Made by a program: the position numbers and the translations under genes. DNA of 35,414 nt, taken from contig NC_068987.1 of NCBI RefSeq assembly GCF_001194135.2, forward strand, positions 43,726,866 through 43,762,279. The letters are read 5' to 3'. The number at the start of each line of letters is the position of its first letter. Position 1 is the first letter of the stretch. This DNA is from Octopus bimaculoides. Its lineage: Eukaryota. Shown piece by piece: positions 1 to 11,309 of this stretch. The notes beneath the pieces are model-generated. The model did no database searches, was not told the origin of the DNA, and was given only the letters and a program-made list of their open reading frames with translations.

Positions 1-2400
1 ATCGTGATGTCGTGGAAGAGAAATGTGTTCGCATGCATGATGGTATGCTTGCACTAAACGGGGTTGCAAAGAGAGAGGTTTGGAGACACCACTACGAAAG
101 ATTGCTCAATAAAGAGAATGAACGGGAGAAAGAGAGTCTGCCGAATGTCGTTCCAACAGTGGGATCAGCTATCCGAATTGACAGTACCATGGTAGATAAA
201 GCAATTAAGAGTATGAAGACAGGGAAAGCCCCCGGCCCATCAGGAATCACTGCAGAGATGCTCAAAATATCAGGTAGTGTCGGCTATAGCCTAGTCACCC
301 GTATTGTTAANNNNNNNNNNNNNNNNNNNNNNNNNNNNNNNNNNNNNNNNNNNNNNNNNNNNNNNNNNNNNNNNNNNNNNNNNNNNNNNNNNNNNNNNNN
401 NNNNNNNNNNNNNNNNNNNNNNNNNNNNNNNNNNNNNNNNNNNNNNNNNNNNNNNNNNNNNNNNNNNNNNNNNNNNNNNNNNNNNNNNNNNNNNNNNNNN
501 NNNNNNNNNNNNNNNNNNNNNNNNNNNNNNNNNNNNNNNNNNNNNNNNNNNNNNNNNNNNNNNNNNNNNNNNNNNNNNNNNNNNNNNNNNNNNNNNNNNN
601 NNNNNNNNNNNNNNNNNNNNNNNNNNNNNNNNNNNNNNNNNNNNNNNNNNNNNNNNNNNNNNNNNNNNNNNNNNNNNNNNNNNNNNNNNNNNNNNNNNNN
701 NNNNNNNNNNNNNNNNNNNNNNNNNNNNNNNNNNNNNNNNNNNNNNNNNNNNNNNNNNNNNNNNNNNNNNNNNNNNNNNNNNNNNNNNNNNNNNNNNNNN
801 NNNNNNNNNNNNNNNNNNNNNNNNNNNNNNNNNNNNNNNNNNNNNNNNNNNNNNNNNNNNNNNNNNNNNNNNNNNNNNNNNNNNNNNNNNNNNNNNNNNN
901 NNNNNNNNNNNNNNNNNNNNNNNNNNNNNNNNNNNNNNNNNNNNNNNNNNNNNNNNNNNNNNNNNNNNNNNNNNNNNNNNNNNNNNNNNNNNNNNNNNNN
1001 NNNNNNNNNNNNNNNNNNNNNNNNNNNNNNNNNNNNNNNNNNNNNNNNNNNNNNNNNNNNNNNNNNNNNNNNNNNNNNNNNNNNNNNNNNNNNNNNNNNN
1101 NNNNNNNNNNNNNNNNNNNNNNNNNNNNNNNGGTTCAGTCCTCAACCTCCTCCTATTTATCATAGTCCTCCAGGCAATAACACAGGAATTCAAGACAGGT
1201 AGCCCCTGGGAGCTCCTCTATGCTGATGACCTTGCTCTAATTCTTGAGTTACTATCAGAACTATTGAAGTTTCAGGTGTGGAAGCAAGGACTAGAATCGA
1301 AGGGCCTTAGAGTCAACCTAGCTAAAACCAAACTCCTAATAAATAGAAAGGTAGACAAACCACAAGCCCCTTCAGGTAGATGGCCCTGCTCAATCTGTAG
1401 AAAAGGCGTAGGTAGAAACTCTGTAAGATGGACACATAAGTGGTGCAGCAATATCAAAGGAAGGCTAACTAGGAAGATAGTTTTTGTATGCGGCAGATGC
1501 TCAGGAGCAATGAACACTGAAAATGTGCAGAGAACAACTTCTGCCACATTCCAGGGAGAAAAACTAGAAGTTGTTGATGGCTTCCATTACCTAGGTGACC
1601 AAGTCAGTAGCAGGGGTGTGTGCTCTGAGAGTGTAGCTGCTAGAATAAGAATAGCCTGGGCAAAGTTCAGAGAGCTCCTACCTCTGCTGGTGACAATGGG
1701 CCTCTTGCTCAGAGGGAAAGGTAGACTGTATGACGCATGTGTGTGAACAGCCATGTTACATGGCAGTGAAACATGGGTCATGACTGCTGAGGACATGCGT
1801 AAGCTTGCAAGAAATGAAGCCTGTATGCTCCGATGGATGTGTAATGTCAGTGTGCATACTCAACAGAGTGTAAGTACCTTAAGAGAAAAGTTGGACCTAA
1901 GAAACATCAGTTGTGGTATGCAAGAGAGACAATTGCGCTGGTATGGTCATGTGTTGCATATGGATGAAGACACCTGTGTAAAAAAGTGTCACACCCTAGC
2001 AGTAGAGGAAACCTGTGGAAGAGGTAGACCCAGGAGACTTGGGATGAGGTGGTGAAGCATGACCTTTGAACATTGGGCCTCACGGAGACAATGACTTCTG
2101 ACCGAGACCTTTGGAGATATGCTGTGCTTGAGAAGTCCCGGTAAGCCAAGTGAGACTATAACTGGCCTATGCCAGTGCAGCATAACCAGCCCATTTAAGA
2201 GTACCTTTCAATCATTGGCCAATAAACTGTTTTTGCGAAGATCTGTTGAGTCAAGTGAAGTCATTCTCGTGGTCAGTGCCAGTACCGCCTGACTGCCACC
2301 CATGCCAGTGGCACCTTAAAAGCACCATTCAAGTGTAGATCATTGCCAGTACCACCTGACTGGCTCCCATGCCGGTGGCACGTAAAAAGCACCCTTCAAC
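1..2400 (+). mobile_element. RTE-clade LINE, decayed RT ORF plus start of 3' UTR (spans N gap 311-1131)
   Basis: Translation gives MKTGKAPGPSGITAEMLK, then LLFIIVLQAIT..WELLYADDL (RT YADD), CSICRKGVGRN, FHYLGDQV, MLHGSETW, LRWYGHV and GRGRP, which are typical RTE ORF motifs. It has an in-frame stop at 1744-1746 and frameshifts near the end. Confidence 0.92.
311..1131. other. Assembly gap (others at about 3073-3528, 7559-7568, 12018-12328, 22010-22265, 30422-30681, 34288-34631)
   Basis: Runs of N, several bordered by TA/CA microsatellites. Confidence 0.99.
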
Positions 2401-3052
2401 CGCTGGAAGAGGTAGACCTAGGAAGACCTGGATGAGGTAGTGAAAAGCACAACCTTCGAACATTAGGCCTCACTGAGGCAATGACTAGTGGCCGAGACCT
2501 TTGGAAATATACTATGTGTGAGAAGACCCGGTAAGCCAAATGAGATCATAACCCATGACCTTTGCCACGGGTGTAGCCAGCCCACTTATGCGTACCTTTC
2601 CTTCATTGGACACTAAACTCTGCTTGCAAAGACCTGTTGGGGCAAGTGAAATTGAAATCGTAATTGAACCAAATTTGATGACTGGCTCTTGTACCAGTGG
2701 AGCGCTAACAGCACCGTCCAAGCATGTTCATTGCCAGAGTAGCTGCCTGGCTTCCGTGCCGGTGGCACGTAAATAGCACCACTTGAGCCTGTTCGTTACC
2801 AGCGTTGCCTTACTGGCACTTGTGCCCATTTGAGCGTGGCCGTTGCCAGTAGCACCTGACTGGCCCTCGTGCCGGTGGCACGTTAAAGCACCCACTACAC
2901 TCTCTGAGTGGTTGGCGTTAGGAAGGGCATCCAGCTGTAGAAACTCTGCCAGATCAGATTGGAGCCTGGTGCAGCCATCTGGTTCGCCAGTCCTCAGTCA
3001 AATCGTCCAACCCATGCTAGCACAGAAAGCAGACATTAAATGATGATGATGA
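2401..3052 (+). mobile_element. Second 5'-truncated RTE 3' end (last codons, 3' UTR, (GAT)n tail)
   Basis: 2410-2550 repeats the ORF-end sequence of 2025-2160 with divergence, followed by a different 3' UTR. It ends ggaagggcatccagctgtagaaactc...cagacattaaatgatgatgatgat. Confidence 0.8.
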
Positions 3053-3559
3053 TAAATATATATATATATATANNNNNNNNNNNNNNNNNNNNNNNNNNNN
3101 NNNNNNNNNNNNNNNNNNNNNNNNNNNNNNNNNNNNNNNNNNNNNNNNNNNNNNNNNNNNNNNNNNNNNNNNNNNNNNNNNNNNNNNNNNNNNNNNNNNN
3201 NNNNNNNNNNNNNNNNNNNNNNNNNNNNNNNNNNNNNNNNNNNNNNNNNNNNNNNNNNNNNNNNNNNNNNNNNNNNNNNNNNNNNNNNNNNNNNNNNNNN
3301 NNNNNNNNNNNNNNNNNNNNNNNNNNNNNNNNNNNNNNNNNNNNNNNNNNNNNNNNNNNNNNNNNNNNNNNNNNNNNNNNNNNNNNNNNNNNNNNNNNNN
3401 NNNNNNNNNNNNNNNNNNNNNNNNNNNNNNNNNNNNNNNNNNNNNNNNNNNNNNNNNNNNNNNNNNNNNNNNNNNNNNNNNNNNNNNNNNNNNNNNNNNN
3501 NNNNNNNNNNNNNNNNNNNNNNNNNNNNTATATATAATTATATATGTATATATTTATAT

Positions 3560-3593
<34 letters not shown>

Positions 3594-3670
3594 GTATATA
3601 TAAAAAATACTTGTAATTAATTTTTATTTGTTATTTTTTAATGTATTCTTTGCTTCATGTTTCTTCTCAG

Positions 3671-3838
3671 GATTGAACCTTCGAAAAGTTGTGGTCCATT
3701 TCGTGTGTACAGTGAGACAGAGTTTTCCATGTTCACTACACTGTCGAACCTAGTTAACAGTTGGCCAGATATACTTGCTAAAATTCTGAACCTCATATTT
3801 ACACCAGCCATCATGGTTCCATTGATAATCATCATATG
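3671..3838 (+). CDS. TMC7-like: TMC family (TMC7-like) coding exon, phase 2-2
   Basis: Acceptor tttcttctcag| and donor |gttagt, 168 nt. Encodes IEPSKSCGPFRVYSETEFSMFTTLSNLVNSWPDILAKILNLIFTPAIMVPLIIII, containing the TMC PSxxCGPF motif and the start of the last TM helix. The paralogue assignment is from recalled family motifs only. Confidence 0.9.
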
Positions 3839-5690
3839 GTTAGTAACTCTGCATGTATAAACTTTTTGTTGTTGTTGTTCCTCCTCCCACTCAGCCTTAA
3901 TTCCAGCAAACCTATGATCAAATACATTTCATGACCAGTACGTTTTCTCGTGCATAGTATACTTAGAACTGCATTACCTATACGTTCTTTTTTTTAAGAC
4001 ACCAGAATTTGATCTTACAAGATTTCTTTGCTATTTCTAGTAATTGAGATTACTTTGTATGAGTGAATATATAACACATTGAGCTTATGTTTGGCTCCTG
4101 CTTCTTGTCTACTTTTTTTCAAGCAGTATTTATACTTTTGACATTGTTGACCATCACCAGCTGTCCAAAGTACTGACCAAGTGTTGAAACTATAATGATG
4201 CCTGTTAGGCAGCTGAAGATGGGATGTATATGTACTGTTTATTTGTATATGTATTTTGTTTGTAATACTTTGAATCTTGTATCCTTGTTGTTTCAGACTT
4301 GTCCTCCATTGAGATTCTAGTTCTGGTGAGGATTAGACTTGTCTAGGGTATTTTTAATTTTATGATGGTTTTTTTTTTTTTGCATATATTCGTGCCTGTA
4401 TGTCAACATGTGAATAAGTATACATTTATATAGAACCAGCAGTGGCTGAGCTTTAAGCCTTAGCTCCTACTTGTGAATGATAAGCTGGAATAGTTGATGT
4501 TTACTCAACAATGCCTTAGTTAACCTTTCTTTTACCTTGCTTTTTAGGAATAAGTTGATCTAGTAAAGCCTTTAACCTTATTTCACCTGGTTTGTCCTGA
4601 CTCAGACTACAGTCTAATAATCTGTTCACCTAGATACCATCAATATGTACCAGATTAATATGGCTCAGCATCAGACCATACTCCACCAATTAGTCAACTG
4701 TCAATGAAGGATGCCACTGACCACTGAATTGTTGTATGTAGTTGAATCAGCCTGGTCAACAGCCTCAAACTACAGTTCACATAGTCAGTCTATTTAACTA
4801 TCTGTCAGTATTGGGTATCAGATCAACTTCATTCAACCTCAGACCACAGTCTATCAATCTTCTATCACTGGCTCTGTACTCAGTTTTTTATTACAGGAGT
4901 ATATAATTACAGGAATTAGTGATCATGGATGTTTGTGTTTGTGTGTGCACTCCGGCCCTGTCCATACTAAACTGAAGTGAAAGTTGACATCTTCAACTAT
5001 GAAAATTTCCCTCCATCATCTGTATTTACATTCATTTATCATTTGAATATCTTTGTCTTTCCAATGTATTTCATAGTGCATTGATGTATATGTTTGTGCA
5101 TGTATGGCTAGGCATGTGTGTGTATTCACTTATATGTGCACCTCTAATCATGAGCAGGCGTAGTCGGGGAGCGTAATAACCATTCGTTGAGAGGGATTCT
5201 TTGGGGTTTGAATAAATGTAACAAACGCAAAGTTTGAAGGAAATATTAGCCATTTTTCATACTTTCTCAGTGTAAACAAATAGGAAATAACAGTTGCTAC
5301 TCAAGGACGAAAGTTGTTACACAGTGTAATCAAGATAAAGGCATGGCATTGGAAACAGTTGATGGTTGGCAAGGGGAAGGGCATGCAGCTGTAGAAAACT
5401 GGGTTTGTTTCTTTTGATGTCTCTTGGAAGCACAGCTTCAGCCCACAATGGCAGCATGTAAACAACATACTGAATCCTCCTTTCAAGCTGCTGCAATCAT
5501 TAACACTGCATCAATTACATTAAACTGACTTTTTGTAGTCTGCTTGTGGTTTGTCTATCAAATTTCAACTTATGCAAGTATAGTTTTCTTCAGAAACACT
5601 GTTCGTTATTCAATTTGTTCATTTAGAGACCTGTTTGTGTATGGGCACCCCACTGTGTGTATGTATGTGTGTGTGTGTGTGTGTGTGCAC

Positions 5691-5850
5691 ATTGTGACTG
5701 TTTGGTACGAAGTTTGCTTCCCAACCACATGGTTCCAGGTTCAGTCCCAGTGTCGCACCTTGGGCAAATGTCTTCTATTACAGCCTCAGACTGACCAAAA
5801 CCTTGTGAGTGAATTTGGTTGACAGAAACTGAAAGAAGCCCATCATATGT
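5691..5850 (+). mobile_element. tRNA-derived SINE
   Basis: B-box-like ggttcagtccc, body cttgggcaaatg...tgtgagtgaatttggttgacagaaactgaaagaagccc. Homologous to 26587-26750 and to the stub at 34632. Confidence 0.75.
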
Positions 5851-6069
5851 GTTTATATCCAGGCTTAAAAAGAAAATAAGTACTGGGGTTGATTAGTTCA
5901 ACTGAAATTCCTGATGGCAGTGCTCCAGCACAGCTGAAACAAATAAAAGAATATATGTGTCTGTGTATCTGTGATTCTATATCATCTACCCAATGCATCA
6001 TCCTGTACTCTTTGTTTTATTACAAAAGTCACCTGATATTTAATATGACTGCTATTTCTCTGTTGACAG

Positions 6070-6148
6070 TTTCTTCATCTACTATAATTTCATCGTCATA
6101 AAGGGCTACATAAGAATGGAGGACCTTCTAAGAGAACAGTTAGTTTTG
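6070..6148 (+). CDS. TMC7-like: TMC family (TMC7-like) coding exon, phase 2-0
   Basis: Acceptor ttctctgttgacag| and donor |gtaagt, 79 nt. Continues the frame from the previous exon: (C)FFIYYNFIVIKGYIRMEDLLREQLVL, matching the TMC IYY...LREQL pattern. Confidence 0.9.
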
Positions 6149-6280
6149 GTAAGTTTTGAACCCGTTTCTATTTGTCAGATTTTTTGTTTTCACCCAGTTC
6201 TTCACAAAACTCTTCTGCTGGAACCCTACCTCTGCAAATATGTTCATTTAAAAAGAAAAAGAATTTACCTTAATACTTCT

Positions 6281-6420
6281 TCATCATCATCATTATATGC
6301 TGATATGGATTGGATAGTTTGACTTGAGCTAGTAAGGCCAGGGGCCACACCTGGATACTCTTCCTAATGCCAACCACTCCACAGTGTACTGATTGTTGTA
6401 TATGTGGCACCAGCACCAGT
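6281..6420 (-). mobile_element. Short RTE/SINE 3' tail remnant
   Basis: (CAT)n followed by cttcctaatgccaaccactcc, the reverse complement of the shared RTE tail seen at 2900-3050. Confidence 0.6.
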
Positions 6421-6616
6421 ATCAATTCTGCTGTGGGGGACAAATCTTCTTGACATTATTTACATTATTTGCAATTGACGGATATTTGTCCTCATCTTGT
6501 TTGTTCTTAATACGTTTCAGCTGATATACTCTCCAGCCTTCATCAGGTGTCTTGGGGAAATTTCAAACCTTAGTTCTCGTTCCTAAGGTATTTTTCGATG
6601 TTGTTGTTGTTGTTTA

Positions 6617-7118
6617 GGACATCCGTATACCGCAAGCTGACCTTCACTGGATGATACCTCAGCTTCAACTCCCACCATCCATACAGTGTAAAGAGAAGGA
6701 TTGCTCAGTGCCTAAAACATTGAGCAATGAATATAAGTAGTGATTGTGATACTCACCACGAAGAAATGATCAAGCTCAGTTACAATCTATTAAGCAACAA
6801 CTACCCCAAAAACATACTATCCACTCCAGTCATGAAGAAAAGAGAGGATGAAACTGATAAACTGTCCATAGTCTGTCTACCCTATGTGAAAGGCCTCTCC
6901 AAAAAGATACAAAAGATATGCAGCCCATATGACATCAGGACAGTATTCAAAAGCAATACAATACTTCGCATTAATTTCCTTCGAGTAAAACCACCAAGAA
7001 CTGTGTGTACTCCATTCCATGCAGCTGTGGTAGGTTATACAAAGGCAAGATAAGGGTAGAGGAACATCACAAAGCTGTGACATGGGGAGATATTTATAAA
7101 TTGGGTATAGCTGATCAC
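6617..7118 (+). mobile_element. Penelope-like element fragment (RT C-terminus, linker, GIY-YIG start)
   Basis: TSVYRKLTFTG*YLSFNSHHPYSVKR, NNYP, LPYVKGLSKKIQKIC, then frameshifted CVYSIPCSCGRLYKG..RVEEH..IADH (GIY-YIG-type motif). Confidence 0.85.
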
Positions 7119-8106
7119 CATCATCATTATCATCTGCTTTCCATGCTAGCATGGGTTGGACGATTTGACTGAGGACTGGTGAAACCAGATGGCTACACCA
7201 GGCTCCAATCTGATTTGGCAGAGTTTCTACAGATGGATGCCCTTCCTAACGCCAACCACTCCGAGAGTGTAGTGAGTGCTTTTACGTGCCACCGGCACGA
7301 AGGCCAGTCAGGCGTTACTGGCAACGACCACACTCAAAATGGTGTATTTTATGTGCCACCTGCACAAGAGCCAGTCCAGGGGCACTGGCAACAATCTCGC
7401 TCGAAAGTCCTTACACATGCCACTGGCACAAGTGCCAGAAAGGCGACGCTGGGCACAGGTGCCATCACGATTTCACTTTCGCTTGCCCCAATAAGTCTTC
7501 GCAAGCTGGGTTTCGTGTCCAATGAAGGAGACGATGTTGGCATGGGTGCCAGTCGTCGNNNNNNNNNNTATTTTATGTGCCACCTGCACAAGAGCCAGTC
7601 CAGGGGCACTGGCAACAATCTCGCTCGAAAGTCCTTACACATGCCACTGGCACAAGTGCCAGAAAGGCGACGCTGGGCACAGGTGCCATCACGATTTCAC
7701 TTTCGCTTGCCCCAATAAGTCTTCGCAAGCTGGGTTTCGTGTCCAATGAAGGAGACGATGTTGGCATGGGTGCCAGTCGTCGAATTTAGTTTGACTTCGA
7801 TTTCGATTTCACTTGCCTCAACAGGTCTTCGCAAGCGGAGTTTAGTGGGCTGGCTACACCCTTGGCAGAGGCCTTGGATTTAGGTCTCACTTGGCTTGCT
7901 GGGTCTTCTCACGCACTACATATTTCCAAAGGTCTCGGTCAGAAGTCATCACCTCGGTGAGGCCCAATGTTCGAAGGTCTTGCCTCACCACCTCATCCCA
8001 AGTTTTCTTGGGCCTACCTCTTCCACAGGTTCCCTCAACTGCTAGGGTGTGGCACTTTTTCACGCAGCTATCCTCGTCCATACCAGCGCAATCATCTCTC
8101 TTGCAC
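7119..8106 (-). mobile_element. 5'-truncated RTE inserted in the Penelope-like element
   Basis: Minus-strand MDEDSCVKKCHTLAVEGTCGRGRPKKTWDEVV, 3' UTR, and a tail reading catcatcattatcat on + at 7119. Confidence 0.88.
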
Positions 8107-8185
8107 AAAAAATGGAGACCACCTCCCCATGTGGGATGAAGTTAAAATAATAGACAGAGAACACCACTGGAAAATATGAAAACTT
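8107..8185 (+). mobile_element. Continuation of the Penelope-like GIY-YIG domain
   Basis: KNGDHLPMWDEVKIIDREHHWKI resumes the domain interrupted at IADH (7118). Confidence 0.75.
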
Positions 8186-8189
8186 CTCT

Positions 8190-8367
8190 TCACGGAGTCT
8201 GTGTTTCTGGGTCTCAAAAGTTTTGTAGATTTTATACTTCACTAAATTGATAGCAAGAATTTGGTCTTGTGTTGCAATTATAAGGCTTTCAGTGGTATGC
8301 TCCAAATTGCCTTGGCTTAACCATGTCTATGATGTTTTATCCTTGATATCCTGAGTATTTCTTTCAA
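8190..8367 (-). mobile_element. R4/Dong-like RLE LINE internal fragment
   Basis: HQFER..TWLSQGNLEHTTESLIIATQDQILAINLVKYKIY resembles the post-RT WLxxGxLxxETExxIxAAQDQ segment of R4/Dong-type elements. Confidence 0.65.
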
Positions 8368-9754
8368 ATTGATGGACCACTTAAACTGCTTGGTGTCTGG
8401 TTTGGTCTTGATTTCTAGGTGGATAAGAAATGGGGTGATATGGAGAATAGGGTGGCGAGTCTTACCCAAACATGAGCAGAGGTGGCAAATGCTTACATCA
8501 CTTCCATCATCATTTATCACCTGACTATCGTGCCCTGCCCTGGTTACTGCTTGACTGAGCTGGAGTGTCGATTACTTATTCTCTTGTAGAAAGGATGCTT
8601 TCCAATGGTTAGGAGTTCAGTCTGCTGCCAGTACTTTCTGCATGGTTAGTTAGGCATGCTATGGCTTCTGATGTGCAGACATGTGCTCAGGTTGTGCCAT
8701 TTGCAATGATATCTGAACAGTGAGTGTGTGTGGGCACCGTTTGTAAGGCATGTCTCTCTGCAGTTTGTCTCTTTGGTGAAGGAAAGATCAAGACTGAGTG
8801 CTTGGCACCTAGAGTGTTGTTGGGCACCCACAGCCCTTTACCATTTAGGTAATGTGGTCTGTGGATGTTCCACCTTAGCAATATATAGAGGATTAGTGAC
8901 AAGGAAGTGTGATGACGTTCCAGAGGACTTTCTGGTCAGGAACTACCATGCATAATTTACCAATGTCCTTGACCTGGTAGTGCTAATGGGTGTGGGGGAA
9001 CTACCAATTAGAGATAAACCCTACTGGCATGGATGTGCTGTCAAATGGGCTTTCTGAAATGCATGTAGAACAACAAAACCATTCTGCACCCACTCATTCA
9101 GTGTCTAGACATTGCTGACTTGTGGGGTTATGTTGAACAGTTGTTATCGTGTAGGACAGATCCATCTATCAGCTGAATCCATATTGATGATTGCTCTGCC
9201 ACCCTCCTTTAATCAGGCAAGTAAGGCAGTTTTCCTTTGCCTGGTGACTGTGGCAAAAGAGCTTCTCTGGCAGCTGAGGTTGAAAGACACGAGGACAGAG
9301 ATGTTCTTCTTTGGTAGAGCTCTAATCAACTTTTTCAAGATTCACTTGAAAAGGAAAATGAGGATGGAGAGGGAGGTGCTGTCTTCGAGTGAATTTGTTG
9401 GGAAAATGGCAAGAGTGGATGGTATCGCTCTAAGTGTAGGCCTGTGAGTTGGAGAAAAGGAATTGATGAGGACACTTGCCCAAGATGTTCAGGGAGATCT
9501 TGGCTGGTGGGGTTCCTTGATTATTCCTTGAGGTTCTCCTGTATCAGGTGGACCATTTCACTGCCATCTTTTTTCTTTCTTTTTACTGTTGTATGCTTCC
9601 CTTCTTTGTTTTATTGTATACCATGTATATTTTCTGTATATATATATATATATATTTAATTTCATTTTTATCATTTCATTATATGTAAACCCCCACACTT
9701 TATGTCTTTGTATTGTCCCCACTCATCCTTTGCCCTGATAGCAAATAAAAAAAA
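8368..9754 (+). mobile_element. Tx1/L1-like LINE 3' part (post-RT region, decayed zinc-binding region, 3' UTR, polyA)
   Basis: DGPLKLLGVWFGLDF*VDKKW, YITSIIIYHLTIVPCP, LPIRDK, FFKIHLKRKMRMER; ends with AATAAA (9744-9749) and an A-tract. Many stops and frameshifts. Confidence 0.78.
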
Positions 9755-9942
9755 TTCTCATTGTTAAAATTTCAGTATTCCCTTCTTTTTGTTTTCTGTT
9801 AAACCTGTTTACATGCAAAACCCTCATACCAACACACATGCACGCATATACAAACCATTCAGTGTTTTGTCCTGTGCCATCCTTAATGATTTTCTTAATG
9901 TAAACCCTTTATTGTTAATAAAGAAGTTATCATTATCATTTG

Positions 9943-10120
9943 TTAGCACACTGGGCAAAATGCTAAACAGCGTTTTGTCCATCTTCACATTCTGAATTCA
10001 AATTCTGTCAAGGTCAACTTTGCATTTCATTGGTCAGATAAGTATCAGCTGAATACTGGATTGATCTAAATCAACGTACCCACTCCCCTGAAATTGCTGG
10101 CTTTGTGCCAAAATTTGAAA
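9943..10120 (+). mobile_element. tRNA-derived SINE (second family)
   Basis: ggcaaaatgctaaacagcg...ctgaattcaaattc (B-box-like)...gaaattgctggctttgtgccaaaatttgaaa, followed by a (CAT)n(TAT)n tail. Confidence 0.7.
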
Positions 10121-10138
10121 TCATCATCATCATCATCA

Positions 10139-10185
<47 letters not shown>
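10121..10185. repeat. (CAT)n/(TAT)n microsatellite immediately upstream of the last TMC acceptor
   Basis: Directly visible perfect trinucleotide runs. Confidence 0.95.
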
Positions 10186-10186
<1 letters not shown>

Positions 10187-10202
10187 CTTTTTCTCTTTGT
10201 AG

Positions 10203-10268
10203 GATGGCAAAGATAAACGTTTCCTCCTGAACAAATTGAAAAAATACAAAACTATCTCAAAACTTTAA
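10203..10268 (+). CDS. TMC7-like: TMC family (TMC7-like) terminal coding exon
   Basis: Polypyrimidine acceptor ccttttttctctttgtag|, phase 0. Encodes DGKDKRFLLNKLKKYKTISKL*, matching the TMC (E/D)GKDKxFL motif. Stop TAA at 10266-10268. Confidence 0.88.
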   Translation, partial: DGKDKRFLLNKLKKYKTISKL

Positions 10269-10989
10269 CTTCAAGGAATATCTGTTGCAACTCTTTCTCC
10301 TTCTTTAACTGCTTCAGCACTTCCTTCTCTCTCTTTTCTCTGTCTATCCATCTATCTATCTATCTTCCCTATCTTCCCTGTCACTCTCTCACCCATTTTT
10401 TTGCAGTTCTTATTTCTTTCCTTTTCTCTTGATCCTCCTTTATCTCTGTGGCACTCTGAAATATTTTCTTGAAATAAATAGATTATCAACTTCTCCAGTT
10501 TTGTAAGAGTCTCAGGTAGGTTAAGACTGGTAGATGGTTGCCTTTCAACCTGATGATCAGTAGTTCATATCCTGTCGTTGAGGCTATGCCATAACTTTTG
10601 CTCAAATAACCAATTTTTCATTGACACAGTCCATATGGTAATGTAGAAAATTCTGGGACCACTATGTAAAATATGATAGCATTGGTTTCATACTTTCATG
10701 ACACTGAAGCTTGAACTCTTCAAGGGAGCACTGTTAGGAACAGCCCCTTCTGAAATCAACAAGGATTAGACTTGGCCTTATGTATTGTCTCTACATGATA
10801 TAAAACATATATAATGATTGCCTGGTCCTCCTTCACTGATGTAGACTTTCTGAATCTCTTTCCACTGCTCTACTCTCCTTTTGGAATCAGTGAACTAATA
10901 AAATACTTGATTCAACAATGAAGTCAATGAGTAGTAGATTCTTGTTCCTGAGTGATGCCTCATCAAAAAACAAATTTCTTTATTGTATT

Positions 10990-11211
10990 TTAACCCCTTA
11001 ACATTCAGATCATTCTGTTATATATATTGCTTATTTATTCATATTGTTTTGAATTAATCATACATCATTTTGTAGCTTTGAGATTTTCACAATGTAGTTG
11101 CTTATTTTTAGGACATTGTAGAAGTGCGAGATGTTGCATCTCGCTGGTTGGAACATAAAACAGGTAGAATATTTAGGCTGGATATGGCTGGTTTGAATGC
11201 TAAAAGGTTAA
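10990..11211. mobile_element. TTAA-flanked piggyBac-type MITE
   Basis: Left end ttaaccccttaacattc and right end gaatgctaaaaggttaa form imperfect TIRs with TTAA at both ends; non-coding. Confidence 0.72.
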
Positions 11212-11309
11212 TAACTATTTGTTTTATCTTCAAAGATACGTGTTTGTATGTGTGTGTGTGTGTGTATCTTTGTTTAACATACACTTTTCCATGTTTGTTT
11301 GTGTCAGAT

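Noticed and set aside
304-1202. Long ORFs of 300-480 aa in the ORF track (also at 3036, 11791-12488, 22004, 30372, 33850-34690)
   Set aside because: Their length comes from N gaps and TA/CA microsatellites, not coding sequence.
4160-4260. CTGAAGA as a second hammerhead core
   Set aside because: No stem II and no correctly placed GAAA box.
4600-4870. Recurrent ctcagac(t/c)acagtcta motif
   Set aside because: Too degenerate to define a unit or family; no coding signal.
7347-7782. Exact ~212-bp tandem duplication
   Set aside because: The two copies look identical and are separated only by a short N run; most likely an unmerged contig overlap.
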